From contig NW_021835897.1 in the NCBI RefSeq assembly GCF_006345805.1, positions 1 to 37,482 of the forward strand: a DNA stretch of 37,482 nt. The letters run 5' to 3'. This document shows, in pieces, positions 1-11,066 of this stretch (the first letter of the stretch is position 1; each line of letters starts with the position of its first letter). A model generated the notes under the pieces. It made no database searches and had not been told where the DNA came from. It saw nothing but the letters and a program-made list of their open reading frames with translations. Both the position numbers and the translations under genes were made by a program. The stretch is from Octopus sinensis. Its lineage: Eukaryota.

Positions 1-1043
1 GAGTATATATGTATACATGTATGTATGCATGTGTGTATGTATGAATGTATATATGTATGCATGTATGTATACATAGATGCACACATATACATTTAGAAAT
101 TCAAAAGAGAAAATTAGTACTCAATTCGCGTGGTAGAGTTTATATATTTGTGGAAGTAGCCGTCTTGAGTTTGGAGCATGAGTTATAAGTATAGAACTTT
201 GACAGTCATTGGAGAAAAATCGAGATGGTAGCTAAAGTTGTTGCTAGTTTCTGGCAAGATTCAGAACCATATTTCAGCTTAGGAGAAATAACTGTGATAT
301 AACACTTATTGTTTGTCGTACAGCTTCTTCTCTCATAAAAATCCAAGAAATGCAGGAACGCAACAAATGTTGGAGTGTAAAGAGTTAACATGTTCCTACT
401 TGAAAGTTTTTGTTAACACATATTTTGCCATGATCATACTGGGTAAAAAGCAGACTCCTTTTGTCCAGTGACTCTAGTTCCAGAGTTAGGATACAAAAGT
501 TATCTGAAAAATATGACGTACATTTTTTTTTTGATTAGTTGTGCAACAATGCACATGTCGTATACTCAAGGGTTCACTCCCCAATATCCTTCAGGTTCCA
601 AATGTAATGTGACAGAGAGGTAATATTCTTTCTATTTTTGAATATTAATTAGTATACATGCTGATTAATTCTGCTTTTGAATTTATGCACAGTATGTCAA
701 GGAGAGTTTTCTAAACACCTTTCTTTTGTGTTATATTAGCTTTATTATATCACAGACATAAGCCATGATCCATTTAATTGACAGAGCTTCATTTATATGT
801 TAGGGATGTGAACTGGGTATCAGTTTAATGGGTTAAATTCTGTTAGGTGTGAAGCAATGTTTCGAAAGCCAACTGTTTGATTTGGATCCATGCAACTTAA
901 AGCTTCGAAGGTCGTCACACGAATGCAACTCGTCAGAACTTTATGAAACGAATGACGCGACTCCAGAATGGCTTCTGGGTATTGAGCAGCTGTTCGTCAA
1001 CGCAGGTCACATGGTGTTATCATGTTGGTAGCGACATCATTTC

Positions 1044-1044
<1 letters not shown>

Positions 1045-1075
<31 letters not shown>

Positions 1076-1145
1076 GTAGATATAATATGCATATATATAC
1101 ATATATATATATATATATGCATGTGTGTATGTATATCTATCTATA

Positions 1146-1193
<48 letters not shown>

Positions 1194-1205
1194 CATATAT
1201 ATAAA
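1045..1205. repeat. Compound (TA)n/(CA)n microsatellite
   Basis: Direct reading; explains the YIYI/THTH ORFs. Confidence 0.97.
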
Positions 1206-1294
1206 TCACTACCTATTCATACATTTATTTGAATATGTATTATGGATACAAATAAAGCAGGATATGGCAGACCAGTTCTTATTTTAGTCCTCTT

Positions 1295-1338
<44 letters not shown>

Positions 1339-1400
1339 CATCACCATCATCATTATCATCATTATTATTGTTATTGTTATTGTCATTATCCTTTGCTGTT
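1295..1400. repeat. Trinucleotide mosaic (GTA)n-(ATC)n-(ATT)n-(TTG)n
   Basis: Direct reading. Confidence 0.95.
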
Positions 1401-1751
1401 ATTATTGTTGCAAGCATTCGTAAAAAAGAAAAAAAAATATTGCGCCATGATATTTTCGGAAATTACAAACAAAACACACAAGAAAAACCAAACTGAAGGA
1501 AGGAAGATTAAATCATTAGATTTAAAAGAGTCCTGAGACTTTGTAACCAAAACCTGTTGACGTTTCCGTTTTCGGTAATGACGGATCTCGACCCATACAC
1601 AGTAAAGAAGACCCTCCGCCCAAGGCGTCAAGGGTTTTGCTTGGCTAAAGGTTGTGTGTCACTCCCTAATGAGACGCATGATAAATGAAACCAAATCCTA
1701 AGGACCTGCACAAACTGAAGTGCACTAACAACTACTTACTTACACGCACAA

Positions 1752-1783
<32 letters not shown>

Positions 1784-1861
1784 TGTATATATACACATAT
1801 ATGCATATATGTATGTATATATATAAGTATATATATACACACACACATATATATATATATA

Positions 1862-1892
<31 letters not shown>

Positions 1893-2030
1893 TACATATT
1901 ATATATACATATATACATATATATACATATATAAATATGCGTATATATATATATGTATAAATATGTATGCATACATATACATATATATACCTACACGCAT
2001 ATACATATGTATGTATGTATAAATATATAT
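1752..2030. repeat. (CA)n plus degenerate (TA)n/(TACA)n microsatellite
   Basis: Direct reading. Confidence 0.95.
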
Positions 2031-2034
2031 AATA

Positions 2035-2401
2035 TATTGTGAAATAATAGCAGGAAAATCAAAATCAAAAAGCATGTTACACAAAATGATTATGGATTAC
2101 AGCGGAGAATTCAGCAAGGATGCATATACAGACTTCAAAATATAATTTATAGAAGAGTGTACCTCCGCAAATCAAAGCCAGTAAATTTTAATTTATATTA
2201 AAAAAGAAAGCACCCTTTTCGTATATTCTTTCATATTTCAAAAATAGCATTCGATTAATTATAAAAATGTCACCCACTCCATCTCTGATGAGCGGAAGTA
2301 TTGCCTATCAATGTTTATCAATCTTGGATTCCATTATAAAGACAATAGTTTTGCGACGATCGTAAGATCATTAAACACTTAACTTTAAACTGTCACACTT
2401 T
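2035..2401 (+). repeat. Left arm of ~370-bp inverted repeat (partner 3891-4260)
   Basis: tattgtgaaataatagcagg...aactgtcacactt is the near-identical reverse complement of 3891-4260. Confidence 0.95.
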
Positions 2402-3094
2402 TTTTTCTCTCTCTCTCGCCATCCCTTATTCCCTCCTTCATTCTTTCCTCTCCATCCGTCTCCCCCCCCTTCTACGTTTCTCTTTCTCTCAACCTCCAGC
2501 CCCCTCGATCTGTCTCTTTCTTCTCCTCCTCGTCCACCTTCTCTCTCTTTTCATCTGTCCCTTTCTCCTGTCTTTTGTTCTCAACGTGACCGCTAGCCGC
2601 TGTTGAGCCGCTTTTCGTTTCAGCAGTCGCAGAAGCAAGAACACGTATTTGTTCGTCTCCCCGTGGCCATTAGCACAACTTCACAAGCAGCCCCATACTC
2701 AACTCGTCCTGTCGAAAGACCCTTGTCCTACGTCCTGGTTTTGTTTTGTTGTTTATTTTTTATTTTTACCGTTATTGTTTTTACGTTTTTGTATTCTTAT
2801 TGGTGTCACGTATTCTGTATTTTTTTTGTTGTGTACTTCGTTCGTTTTCCGTCCTCGCGTTGTATACATTCGAAGCTTTCTTCCAGGGGATCTAATGCGC
2901 TTGGCTTAGATTTCCCTTGGCGGGCTGGCCATATCGAGCAATCTCAAGATTAATCAGCCGAAATTGCTAAGATGATCTGGTTCTTGACTGATGACTGAGG
3001 GCTTCGAATGTCCCGTCCTGGGTTCTTGTGTCGTCTCTGTGGTGTTTCATGTTCTTGTCCATGTCTGTAATTATTTTTACTGTTTACCTATATA
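2402..3094. repeat. Tandem unit A (~690 bp), CT-rich start and TA end, interspersed-repeat-like
   Basis: Near-identical to 3171-3867; differences are mostly 1-2 nt indels. Confidence 0.93.
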
Positions 3095-3170
3095 ATCGGC
3101 GGCTACGTATCCACAATTGTCCTTATACGATAAGTATATTTTTTCTCTAGCATGATACGACTCTTACTGT

Positions 3171-3863
3171 CTCTTTTTCTCTCTCTCTCTCCTCCCTTAT
3201 TCCCCTTCCTTTCTTTCCCTCTCCATCCGTCTCCCCCCCCCCCTTCTACGTTTCTCTATCTCTCTCACCTCCAGCCCCCTCGATCTGTCTCTCTTCTCTC
3301 TCCTCCCTCGTCCACCTTCTCTCTCTTTTCATCTGTCCCTTTCTCCTGTCTTTTGTTCTCACGTGACCGCTAGCCGCTGTTGACGCTCTTTTCGTTTCAG
3401 CACAGTCGCAGAAGCAACACGTATTTGTTCGTCTCCCGTGGCCATTAGGCACAACTTCACAAGCCAGCCCATACTCAACTCGTCCTGTCGAAAGACCCTT
3501 GTCCTACGTCCTGGTTTTGTTTTGTTTTTATTTTTTTTATTTTTACCGTTATGTTTTTACGTTTTTGTATTCTTATTGGTGTCACGTATTCTGTATTTTT
3601 GTTTGTGTACTTCGTTCGTTTTCCGTCCTCGCGTTGTATACATTCGAAGCTTTCTTCCAGGGAATCTAATGCGCTTGGCTTAGATTTCCCTTGGCGGGCT
3701 GCCATATCGGAGCAATCTCAAGATTAATCAGCCGAAATTGCTAAGATGATCTGGTTCTTGACTGATGACTGAGGGCTTCGAATGTCCCGTCCTGTGGTTC
3801 TTGTGTCGTCTCTGTGGTGTTTCATGTTCTTGTCCATGTCTGTAATTATTTTTACTGTTTACC

Positions 3864-3867
<4 letters not shown>
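3171..3867. repeat. Tandem unit A' (direct copy of 2402-3094)
   Basis: Same sequence as unit A, followed by (TA)n to 3890. Confidence 0.93.
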
Positions 3868-3890
<23 letters not shown>

Positions 3891-3895
<5 letters not shown>

Positions 3896-4260
3896 GTGAC
3901 AGTTTAAAGTTAAGTGTTTAACGCATCTTACGATCGTTTCGCAAAACTATTGTCTTTATAATGGAATCCAAGATTGATAAACATTGATAGGCAATACTTC
4001 CGTTCATCAGAGATGGAGTGGGTGAAATTTTTATAATTAATCGAATGCTATTTTTGAAATATGAAAGAATATACGAAAAGGGTGCTTTCTTTTTTAATAT
4101 AAATTAAAATTTACTGGCTTTGATTTGCGGAGGTACACTCTTCTATAAATTATATTTTGAAGTCTGTATATGCATCCTTGCTGAATTCTCCGCCGTAATC
4201 CATAATCATTTTGTGTAACATGCTTTTTGATTTTGATTTTCCTGCTATTATTTCACAATA
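3891..4260 (-). repeat. Right arm of ~370-bp inverted repeat (partner 2035-2401)
   Basis: aaagtgtgacagttt...ctattatttcacaata is the reverse complement of the left arm. Confidence 0.95.
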
Positions 4261-4389
4261 GATTATATATAATCGCTTGTATTAAATGTCTAAATACTTT
4301 AATAATATTAATACTTTGACACTTATTTACAAAGAACACTCATTTTAAATTCAGTATATCATATTCTCATAGAATATATTTAATTAAGG

Positions 4390-4467
4390 ATATATATACA
4401 TACACACACACACACACATATATATATATACGTACATACATACATACATCATACATACATACATACA

Positions 4468-4503
<36 letters not shown>

Positions 4504-4565
4504 TATATATAATACATATCATACATATATATATACATTCATACATACATATATACATATATATA

Positions 4566-4600
<35 letters not shown>

Positions 4601-4601
4601 A

Positions 4602-4672
<71 letters not shown>

Positions 4673-4682
4673 ATATATATAA
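4390..4682. repeat. Compound (CA)/(TACA)/(TA) microsatellite
   Basis: Direct reading. Confidence 0.96.
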
Positions 4683-4683
4683 T

Positions 4684-4962
4684 ACAATTGCAGCGTGGAA
4701 GGTGTTTATAAGCCATTTAAGAAACACACAAAAGCCGTTCGATTCACTCCAACATTTAAGTTTAATTTGTCAAAATATTTTCGTCGCTAAAATCCGCGAC
4801 CTGTTCACTGACAAAGTCCGTGCTGCATCTCTTTGTCAGTGAACAGGTCGCGGATTTTAGCGACGAAAATATTTTGACAATTAAACTTAAATGTTGGAGT
4901 GAATCGAACGGCTTTTGTGTGTTTCTTAAATGGCTTATAAACACCTTCCACGCTGCAATTGT
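4684..4962. repeat. Near-perfect hairpin, ~132-bp arms, 14-nt loop
   Basis: acaattgcagcgtgg...gacaaag (4684-4816), loop tccgtgctgcatct, ctttgtc...ccacgctgcaattgt (4831-4962); one indel seen. Confidence 0.97.
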
Positions 4963-5019
4963 TTTCGTTTCAGCACACGATCTCAGATCAAATTACTTGC
5001 TATGCGAGTACATCTCCTA

Positions 5020-5035
5020 TATATATATATATAAC

Positions 5036-5081
<46 letters not shown>

Positions 5082-5165
5082 CATATATATATATATAACA
5101 TATATACATTATACATATACATAGATATATATATATAATTCATACATACATATATACATATATAT

Positions 5166-5240
<75 letters not shown>

Positions 5241-5275
5241 TATATATATATATATATATGTATACATTGTTACAT
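5020..5275. repeat. (TA)n/(TACA)n microsatellite
   Basis: Direct reading. Confidence 0.96.
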
Positions 5276-5373
5276 ATATAAATGCATGTATGTTGGTAGT
5301 AAAGTAGATCTATATTAGATATGATACGTATATGTGTGCAGGTAATAAAGCATTCTGTTATTTTACTTTTGCC

Positions 5374-5511
5374 TAAAATCTCGCAAGCGTTTAGAAGATT
5401 TGGCGTTTTTCCGAAGGTCTTTTGAAACGAGGCTCCTTTCCACCGTACTAAAATTACATCCTGTTTTCGATTTTCATATGACCTCGATTTCTCAATGATC
5501 CTCCTTTCATT
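5374..5511 (-). other. Possible degenerate chromodomain-like coding segment
   Basis: ERRIIEKSRSYENRKQDVILVRWKGASFQKTFGKTPNLLNACEIL resembles chromodomain pattern E.IL..R...YLVKWKG...TWEP..NL.NA.EL; by eye only. Confidence 0.22.
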
Positions 5512-5996
5512 TATATGATCGAAATTGTCTTTCAATAATCCATTGTAATTAAATTAATTCGTCATATTTCCATTTTTAATGTATTTGAATGAAGTACGGG
5601 TAAAATACGGTTGTATGAACTTTCTTTTACTCACAACCGTGCAGTGTGTGCGTGTCCCACTTTAAGTTTTGTGTTTCGTTAGAGGATACGTCTTACGCCT
5701 CATATACAGTGGCCTCGGCTATTACATGACTGATTCAGTAGTTATGAGTTAGCTTTTCTGCAACACTCTGAGACTCGGTTGGCTTACTGTGCGCTGTAAG
5801 GTTTCCCCCATCAAAGTGAGGATTGAAACACCATTTCACATTGTTCTTAATGAATTTCTTCTCCGTGTGTGGCTAATGAGGAAACGTTTATCGATGAAGA
5901 CGAACTTATATGTATACATACATGCATGCATACATACATACATACACCTGTCTTTGTTTTTTGTTTTTCTGTAAATTTCAACTATATATATATATA

Positions 5997-6222
5997 TACC
6001 AATTAAGGACTGAACACGAAAAGTGGACAGTCAACATGCTAGATATAGACGTCAAATCGCCATTTCACCACAAAAGATTATGTTCTCAGATCAAACTCAC
6101 ACAAAACCATAGCAATAAACATGAAAATATACGAAATAAATAATTACCATGGGTAATTATTTTATTTCGTATATTTTTCTAGCATGTTGACGTCCACTTT
6201 TCGTGTTCAGTCCTTAATGGTA
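5997..6222. repeat. Asymmetric foldback: 47-bp outer arms plus inner 25-bp hairpin
   Basis: taccaattaaggactgaacacgaaaagtggac..catgctaga (5997-6043) vs tctagcatg..gtccttaatggta (6178-6222); inner aaaatatacgaaataaataattacc-atg-ggtaattattttatttcgtatatttt. Confidence 0.92.
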
Positions 6223-6325
6223 TATATAACTATTTAATCTTCGGATTCTTTTTAATATGCTAGACCACTGGTCTAATTGATAATTATCAATTTCTACCCT
6301 TAATTAATTATATATATATAATATA

Positions 6326-6530
6326 TAACGGGAAGCTTATGAAAATAACAAAACACGAAGGCAGGTGGAATACAAACAAACAATTGTATTAGTATGGCGC
6401 TCGGAATATAAAAAAACAAGTCTTTTACGTTTCGAGCTACGCTCTTCAATAGAAAGATACACAGAAGAAATACAGAAGAAACAAGGAGAGAACAAAAATG
6501 CGTGCAGAGGCTAGCGAATCACATGGCGAT
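6326..6530 (-). mobile_element. TA-anchored interspersed repeat, Penelope-like-terminus type (copy 1)
   Basis: Clearly homologous to 23347-23530; flanked by (TA)n; carries a hammerhead-like motif on minus strand. PLE assignment is inference. Confidence 0.6.
6421..6457 (-). ncRNA. Degenerate minimal type-I hammerhead-like motif
   Basis: Minus strand ucuuu-CUAUUGAA-gagc-gua-gcuc-GAAAC-GUA-aaaga: 5-bp helix I, 4-bp helix II, palindromic ACGU helix III; CUGANGA box is degenerate. Confidence 0.35.
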
Positions 6531-6547
6531 CTATACATATATATTTA

Positions 6548-6560
6548 ATGTAAATATATA

Positions 6561-6614
<54 letters not shown>

Positions 6615-6670
6615 ATATATATATGCATATATATATATATGCATATATATATATATATGCATATATATAT
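6548..6670. repeat. (TA)n microsatellite with TGCA interruptions
   Basis: Direct reading. Confidence 0.95.
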
Positions 6671-6893
6671 ATTAGTTTTTCGCCATACTAATATGGCATT
6701 CTTATAAAAATAAGAATAAAGCTGACCGCTATTAGCTCCATGAGGCCATCGCCTTAAGTTAGCTATTTGATACACAAACTGTATCCATATATCAAATAGC
6801 TAACTTAAGGCGATGGCCTCATGGAGCTAATAAGCGGTCAGCTTTATTCTTATTTTTATAAGAATGCCATATTAGTATGGCGATAACTAATAT
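6669..6893. repeat. Near-perfect hairpin, ~104-bp arms, 17-nt loop
   Basis: atattagtttttcgccatac...gctatttgata (6669-6772) vs tatcaaatagc...gtatggcgataactaatat (6790-6893). Confidence 0.96.
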
Positions 6894-6964
6894 TTTCCGG
6901 GAACGCTGCGTTGTTTCTCTTTTAGAGAGACTTAGTAATTTTAATATTTCCTATATATATTATA

Positions 6965-7005
<41 letters not shown>

Positions 7006-7087
7006 TATAATGATGTAATATATTGGGTGTGGGTAGTTCAGTATGTGTAAATATATTTATCTGCCTAACGCTATTTCCTTTTCTATG

Positions 7088-7101
7088 TATGCACACACAT
7101 A
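7088..7101. repeat. Target-site duplication of RTE element (TATGCACACACATA)
   Basis: Identical 14-mer at 11067-11080. Confidence 0.9.
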
Positions 7102-10100
7102 ATAATGTCCGTCCTTCGGTTCGAAGATGACCAACTGACATCATCTGATGGAACTGCCGCCATGAGACCGGAGGTGGCTGGTGAGGCCAATCTGGGCAAG
7201 GAAGCCCCTCCCACAGGTGAGGCAGAAGTGGGTGGGGGCAGTGCTACTGGTGCAGGCGGCTCTGACTTTACGCATCTGACGTTTCTGCTCCGCTGACCGA
7301 ATCCGTCCCTCCTCGGCTGTCCCTGCTCCCACGGTGATTGCGCTGCGCCAGGATGAGCGGTTGGCAGCAAGTGTCTCCCAGCTCTCTGTTCCGATGGAGA
7401 AGTCTTTGAGAGAGACCTTGAGACTATCCTTGTAGCGCTTTTTCTGCCCTCCGACTTTGCGCCTGCCCTTGCCGAGTTCACCGTAGAAGAGCTGTTTTGG
7501 GATGCGAGTGTCGGACATGCGGGAGACGTGGCCCGCCCATCTCAGCTGGGCTTTGCGCATGATTGTGATGGTGCTAGGGAGATCTGCCTGCTTCAGAACT
7601 TCCGTGTCTGGGACTTTGTCCTGCCAGCGGATGTGAAGGAGATTCCGAAGACACCTGAGATGGAAGTGGTTTATCTGGCGCTCGTGCCTTCGGTAAGCAG
7701 TCCACGTCTCGCAGCCGTATAGTAGGGTGGTAAGCACGACTGCCCGGTAGACTTTCAGCTTGGTGTTGAGGCTGATTCCTCTCCGCTCCCAGACTTTCTT
7801 TCGCAGTCTCCCAACGCGCTGCTTGCCTTGGAGATTCTGTTGATGGTTTCAGCATCTATGTTGGCATTGCAGGAGAGAGTGCTGCCCAGGTAGGTGAAGT
7901 TTTCCACCACTCGTAGGATCCGTCCGTTCACCCTTATCTGAGGCTCATGGTATTGTTTGCCGGGGGCTGGCTGAAACATCACTTCGGTTTTCTTTGCACT
8001 GATGGTGAGACCGAAGTTGTCACAGGCTGATGAGAACCTGTCCATCTCGAGCTGCATCGATTGCATTAAGGGCGCAGTCGTCAGCAAAGAGAAAGTCTCT
8101 GACGACTGTCTCCCTCACCTTTGTGACAGCCTGCAATCTCCTGGAGTTGAAAAGTTTCCCGTCTGTCCTGTACTTGATGTTGATACCGGACTTGCAGTCC
8201 CTAAAGGCGTCGGACATCATTGCCGAGAACATGATGCTGAACAGTGTTGGGGCCAGGACACAGCCCTGCCTGACTCCGTTGGTCACCTGGAAGGCTTCAG
8301 ATGAGTCGCCGTCCTCAAGGATTCTGGCTGTCATTCCGTCGTGGAACTGGCGGACAATTGCAATAAATTTGCTGGGGCAACCAAATTTTCCCATGACCTT
8401 CCATAGTCCCTCCCTCCCGACTGACTGTATCAAAGGCCTTGGTGAGGTCAACAAAGGTCATGCAGAGGTCAAGGTGCTGCTCCATGCATTTCTCCTGGAG
8501 TTGGCGGGCGGCGAATATCATGTCAGTGGTCCCTCGACCCGCACGGAAGCCACACTGGCTCTCAGGGAGAAGGCCTTGCTCCAAGCGTTCCAGAAGGCGG
8601 TCAAGCAGGACCCGGGCCAGGATCTTGCCTGCTATGGACAAGAGGGAAATACCTCGGTGGTTGTCGCAGGACTGCCGATCTCCTTTCCGCTTATAAATGT
8701 GGACGATTGTTGCATCCCGGAAATCTTGAGGGAGTTGTTCCCTGTCCCACATCGACTGGAACAGGCTGGTGAGCTGACTGATCATGGTGGGGCCGCCCGA
8801 CTTGAACACCTCTGCAGGGATGGCGTCAGAGCCTGGAGCTTTGCCGGTGGACATTTTTTTGATGGCTCTGCTCACTTCCTCGACTGCAGGGGGAACAGCC
8901 ACTCGTGGTTTGTCGGCACCTGGGGAGTCGTGCGATGGCTTCCTCCTCGTTGATCTGGGCTGGTCGGTTGAGCACGATGTTGAAGTGCTCCGCCCATCTC
9001 TCCAGGATCAGCCTCTTGTTAGTCAGGAGTAGGTTCCATCTGAGCTGAGCAGGGGGGTTGATCCAAGGAGAACTGCGGTCCATAGACAGCTTTCAGCGCC
9101 TCGTAGAATTTCTTGTGTCGTGTTTGTCTGCGTATCCCTGAATCTCATCCGCCTTGGCGCTTAACCATGCGTCTTGCATGAGGCGGAGTTTAGCCTGGAC
9201 TGTGCTGCGAATGTGTTGAAAGCGGCCTTCTTTGCCGTGCAGGTGGTGTCATTTTGGTGAGCCCGCAGCAGACGGCGTTTCTCTTCCAGGAGCTTTTGGA
9301 TTTCCTGGTCGTTTTCGTCGAACCAGTCCTGGTGGTTCCTCGTAATTTGGCCCAGAGTTTCAAGGGCGATGGAATGAACCGTGTCCCTGAATGATTCCCA
9401 CTGCTCATCGATGCTGGACTGGTCACTCCGAATGTCCAACAGCTTACTGTCCATACGTGACTGGAGATCTTGTGCAGTCAGCTGGTTCCTTAATTTCGTG
9501 ATGTTAAGCTTCCTCGTCACTTTCTGACCCTGTTGTCTTCTCTTAGGTCGGATGTAGAAATCCATCCTGGAGATGATGAGGCGATGGTCCGTCCAGCAGT
9601 CAGCTCCGCACATGGCTTTGACCAGTCTCACGTCCCGCCTGTCTTTCGCCCTGACGATGACGTAATCTATCAGATGCCAGTGTTTGGAGCGTGGATGCAT
9701 CCATGATGTCTTGTTGCGTGTTGGCAGACGGAACAAGGTGTTGGCGATGGTAAGATCATGAGAGGCACACGCACGCAGGAGGAGCTGTCCGTTGCTGTTG
9801 CACTTTCCGATTCCTTGCTTTCCCAGTACGCGATGCCAGGCTTGGTGGTCAGTCCCGACACGGGCGTTAAAATCCCCAAGGAGGATGAGCTTCCCAGGCT
9901 GGGCTGACGTGATGAGGGAGTCGAGTTCCTCATAGAACCTGTCCTTAACTTCTTCAGGGTTGGTCATGGTGGGGGCGTAAGCACTGATGATGGTCGCACT
10001 AGTCTTGCTTCCAAGTGGGAGCTGCATCTTCATCAGCCGATCGTTGATACCCTCGGGGGGGGGGGCTTTCCAGTTTCCGCACGTGTACTGACTTAATGGC

Positions 10101-11066
10101 AAAACCAACACCAGCCTCACGACGCTCTTCGCTGCTGCGACCACTCCAAAAGAAAGTGTAGCCGCCGCCTGTCTCTGTCAGCTGGCCTTTGTCCGCAAGG
10201 CGGGTCTCGCTCAGTGCTGCAATATCGACACTGTATCGGCTCAGTTCTCTGGCCACCAGGGCAGTTCGTCTCTCTGGTCTGTCCGCTTTGGTGTTGTCAA
10301 GCAGAGTTCTCACGTTCCAAGTTGCGAAAGTGAGCACCTTTGTTTGTTTTCTTCTTTCTTTGTTTCGAAACGCTTGGAAAGGATCCCCGCCAGCCGCGGT
10401 TTGCTGACCAGGGTGAGGTGAGGCAGGTTATGTTTAGGGCAACCTTTTCTAGCCCCGTCCTCATGCTGGGGAGGCGAGCAGAGCGATCCTGAAGAGGGCT
10501 GCTCGGTCACTCAGGAGGCTGCCGGACTCCACTGCTGCCTCAGTTCAGTGAGGGGCGACCACATGTCCTGAGCCGCCTGTGTGTGGGTTCACGACTGCAG
10601 CTCCCAGTGTATCCTCACCTGCTACTTCGCGCGTTTCCCCATCGCCACAGGACTTTGGGATGGTGTCATGGCGTCATGATGTCGTGACATGCGCGTGACT
10701 TGGATTATAGTGAGGGTGACTTGCGCAGGATCAGCCTCACTCTCTCGTCCTGGTGCGCCGGATCCAGTGGCAAGACAAAGTCAAGACGACTGGGGGTAGA
10801 CAAGATGCAGGAGCTACCGGAAGGTGGCACGCATGGCGCAATCCAACCGCCTTAGGGGCTCCACTCCGGATTTTGGATGCCATTGACTCATGAGAGAGTT
10901 CCTCTGCCCTTTGACAGGTTTTGTTTTTAGTCCTGCTGGGTGTCCAAATCACCCTCCTCACCAAGAAATCTTGGTGGGGTTGCCAGTTTAGTCGCCAACG
11001 ACCCGACCATGTAACAGGTTGTACTGGGTTACATGTTACCAGTAGCTCCAAGCGGAGACCTGACTA
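7102..11066 (-). mobile_element. Full-length RTE-clade (BovB-like) non-LTR retrotransposon, ~3.96 kb
   Basis: ~730-bp 5' region, single APE-RT reading frame, short 3' UTR gtcatcttcgaaccgaaggacggac ending in ATTATT, 14-bp TSD. Confidence 0.96.
7141..10337 (-). pseudogene. RTE endonuclease/reverse transcriptase ORF, frameshifted in this sequence
   Basis: APE motifs TWNVRTL, ALSETR, SAYAPT, LGDFNA, IDYV, TDH; RT motifs [63 protein letters not shown]; C-terminal CLTCGRGF..SHLRSH. Several 1-nt indels. Confidence 0.95.

Noticed and set aside
206-391. Minus ORF with YITVISPKLKYGSES, faintly like the LINE P.L.YG.E motif
   Set aside because: Flanking LINE motifs not recoverable; too weak.
849-1031. 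60-aa plus ORF in complex sequence
   Set aside because: GTG start, no recognisable motif or splice context.
2285-2300. CTGATGAGCGGAAGTA and CTGATGACTGAGGGCTTCGAATGTC (~2988-3013) as hammerheads
   Set aside because: No GAAA box and no helix I pairing; at most relics.
7102-7140. RTE 3' end as the partner tail of the local SINEs
   Set aside because: Beyond ATT repeats shared with family B, no tail homology visible.
8030-8953. 307-aa plus-strand ORF and other short ORFs within 7083-10510
   Set aside because: Antisense or off-frame shadows of the GC-rich RTE coding sequence.
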